Below, piece after piece: positions 60,945 to 63,847 of a stretch of 63,847 bases of DNA. The position numbers and the translations under genes were made by a program. The stretch is from Asterionella formosa (taxonomy: Eukaryota). The stretch covers positions 1-63,847 of the forward strand of contig NKIB01013138.1 in the NCBI GenBank assembly GCA_002256025.1, written 5' to 3'. Under the pieces are notes generated by a model, which was not told where the DNA came from, ran no database searches, and was given only the letters and a program-made list of their open reading frames with translations. Positions within the stretch are counted from its first letter, which is position 1. Every line of letters starts with the position of its first letter.

Positions 60945-61133
60945 GCCTTTTCTCTCTTTCTGTCATCGCCCGAATGTTTTTGGTCTAGAGCACCGCTTTC
61001 ATAATCTGCAGTGCTTATATCGAGCAATTCCCTAGTAAGAAATTATTTTACATTTGCTATCCACATCCCTTTTCCCGAAACCTGTGTGTCTCAACAAGTA
61101 GATGAAGCTGTTCCATCCATCATTTTCTTTCAT

Positions 61134-63391
61134 TTAGATAATCTCAACAATGTGAAGCTCGTGACCATCCTCGTCTTTTGGAGGTCCAATGTTGACCTCT
61201 GGTTCGTCGCGGTACGGAGGATAGACGCTTGCCAGATTGATGCTCATGGCATCTTCATCAGGATCACGGAATGGATGGCGATTGACAACGCTTACGGTGA
61301 TGCTGGAATCGTCGACAGCAGGTTCAAAACTCTTCTGACATCCACGCCGATGGAATGTGATTGCCGCCATGACCACAGAAAGGGACACAATGATAGCAAC
61401 AATGCTAACGATTAGAACAGAGGTCTGACCAATGCTTCCCTCATCTATGCTGGAAGACGAAGATATGGATGCAATAGTAGCAGGAACATGATTTCCAGAA
61501 ATCATGTCAGCAGCCGTCGATATCCTGAGCTCACAATGGGGACCAGTCCAATCACCTTTGCAATCGCACCCAGGTTCGTTGTAGTTGTCGTCGTCAGTGG
61601 CGGTTACTTTCTTCATACAAACTCCATAGTTGACACAGAAGAATCGGGGCTGGCCTTCAGTAACAGTTCCAATTGAACACATATCCGTTGCTTCGTGCTC
61701 GCAGCTAACTCCCGCGAAATTGGCGGAGAAGGATGTCTCTGCACTAGTGCAATTACAAGAAATCTCGTTCCCGACAGTGACGCACTGCCCACCATGCAAG
61801 CACAAGTGCGAGCCAGCCTTACAAATCTCGACGTGATATTCGCAACGATTACCGATAAAACCGTCAGGGCAAACTGAAAACAACAAAGTTAGCACGAAAA
61901 CAATAATACTGGTATACTTGATAACATGTACGAATATGGACGTACCACAATATTCAAAGTTTAAGTCCGACGTAACGTTGAGGTATGAAACTTCAGCTGC
62001 GATATCAGTGAGGAGCCCCAAGTCCTTCTCGCCTTTGCGGCAAGTGCCATTATATTCGCAGACGAGGCTGCACTCAGCATAGTCAGCAATTCCATCCTTA
62101 TCTGCGTCGGGGTCTGCCACAAATACTGCAATAGCATCATCGTCGTCGTTCTCTTTAAACTGGTCGTCATTGCTGTCGATTACTAAGACTGTCGCGTTTA
62201 CTTGCTGGAATTCACAGCTTGGTCCATAATATCCAACAGGACAGTCACATCCTTGGTACACCTCTGAACTGTCGGTCTTGCAAGTTCCGCCGTTGACACA
62301 AAAGAGTACGCCATTTTGGGTGTCGACCTTATTGCAAAAGGTGTCGGCCTCGAATTGACAAAATCTGCCAGCATAACTCGATGTTCCATCGCCAGCAGTC
62401 AAACAGTCGCAATAGGAAAATGGTTCCCCATCGAGCTCCTTGGCGACACATTGAGCTCCATAGTAGCAATGGTTGTCACCGCACTTGTTAAGGTCAATGT
62501 CACAGGCTGGACCACCGAAGTCAGGTGGGCAAACACATCGCTTAAAATTTTCAGATGAAAACAAGTGGGCAAGGTCATGAATCTGATTGGGGTACATGAT
62601 ACCTAGAGCACATTTTCCGGCATTGCATTCAAGGTCGCAAGGAGGAACAGTACCAGCCAAAAACTCGCAGTGTGGACCCTCGTAGCCACTTTGACAAGTG
62701 CATTGGTTACCGTCGAGACTTCAAACAGAAAGAAAGCGACGATGAGTAAATATTACCAAAATCAGGAGATCCGATCAACGCTATTATTTTTCATCCGCTG
62801 GTTCCTTCGACTTACGGATAGGCGTCATTGCAAACTCCACCATTGACGCAAAAGATTCCTTCTATGTCACATCGTTCCATTCCTTGGTGTTCGCAATACT
62901 TTCCAACATAGTTGTATCCATGTTCATCTCGAGCATGAGAGCAGTCACAAAAGAGCTGATCATTTCCGTACGAGTCTTTAAGACCAGGGATACATTCTCC
63001 TCCGTTCTGTTGAATTTGTAGGAGCGACCACGTAGAAAAGCAACAAGGTCAGAACGAGGCCAAGAACGAGGCGAGGTCAATGAGCATATTCAAAACGTTT
63101 GTTGAAACTTACATAGCAATTGTGGTCGCCATCGCAGCTCTCGAACTTGCGGTTGCATGTCAATCCAGTCCAAGTTTGAGGGCAAACGCAATGCATGTTG
63201 CTTGCCGACCCTTGATCAAGAAACGTGAGCGTTGTTCCTTCGGCAGTTTGATGGTCGGTGAAATTAGCTTTTCCAATGTTACAAGGAGCATTCTGCTGGC
63301 ATACAAGGGTGCATTTATCCTGTGCACCCACTAAAGGAAGACAGGTGAGAAGAAAGGCTAGTATGGCGAAAGAAATGGAAGGATTCATCAT
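61134..63391 (-). CDS. Type I membrane protein with EGF-like repeats, paralog of 2672-4848; exons 63391-63113, 63006-62816, 62718-61946, 61873-61134, about 660 aa
   Basis: Signal peptide, colinear EGF units (MHCVC..WTGL.C, YGNDQLFCDCS, YVGKYC, GPHCEF.AGTVP.C), TM helix; three GT-AG introns keep the frame. Confidence 0.85.
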
Positions 63392-63751
63392 GTGGGCGGA
63401 TCGGGAAAAAGTGGTTCTTTTTAAGTATCAACGAGTTCTTGAGTCAGCTGATGCATGTAGATTTGCGATAAGCGGTGCACACAGCATTCAGAACTTTTTG
63501 GAATTGTGAGACAGTGAGTAAATCACAAATATAGTACCAGGTACCTAGTACTGTATCACATATAAACATATTGGCTTCTTATTTTTCACATTTCATACTA
63601 CAAAACATCAAGTAAAGAAATAAAAGATATAGAAAGTATGGAGAGTAATTAATGAGCAATGCAGGCCCTACCAATATGTATACATCTATGCCACCACGCA
63701 CACGATGGATTAACTACCGGTAGTAGACTATTATACAAACTGGTAACAAAG

Positions 63752-63847
63752 CAAGTTGTGGTCATTTTGCTGAAATTGATAACCTGACGCAGGCCAGGCG
63801 TTTACGGTATTTACATAGAAAACATCATCAACTAACTCTTTTTTAAA
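63752..63847 (+). repeat. Start of another copy of the element end seen at about 6497
   Basis: TCATTTTGCTGAAATTGATAAC.TGAC.CAGG..AGGCG is shared. Confidence 0.75.

Overview
Eukaryotic nuclear DNA, almost certainly from a diatom: it has a fucoxanthin-chlorophyll a/c binding (Lhcf) gene, bipartite presequences and short GT-AG introns. About 13 intact genes lie in CpG-retaining islands: a sorting nexin, two paralogous EGF-repeat membrane proteins, a metallophosphoesterase, a RibD-type reductase, a CRARGM/Cys-His putative zinc-finger protein, an mS26-like protein, a DUF4807-like protein, a prephenate dehydratase-TyrA fusion, NOL10, AP-2 alpha adaptin, Lhcf and NIPSNAP. Between them are AT-rich, CpG-depleted blocks of decayed transposons: PIF/Harbinger, Kolobok with KolX, a Plavaka-like element with a Ulp1 protease, and several non-autonomous TIR elements. 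Two signals stand out. (1) A tRNA-Ala-derived SINE family in three copies, one with a perfect 12-bp target-site duplication, carrying a conserved covarying hairpin. (2) Irregular TA-(CCWGG/CCGG/TGG/CGG)-TA arrays clustered upstream of genes, resembling iterated Tc1/mariner excision footprints. All family assignments are by eye from motifs; no searches were run, and repeat boundaries are approximate.
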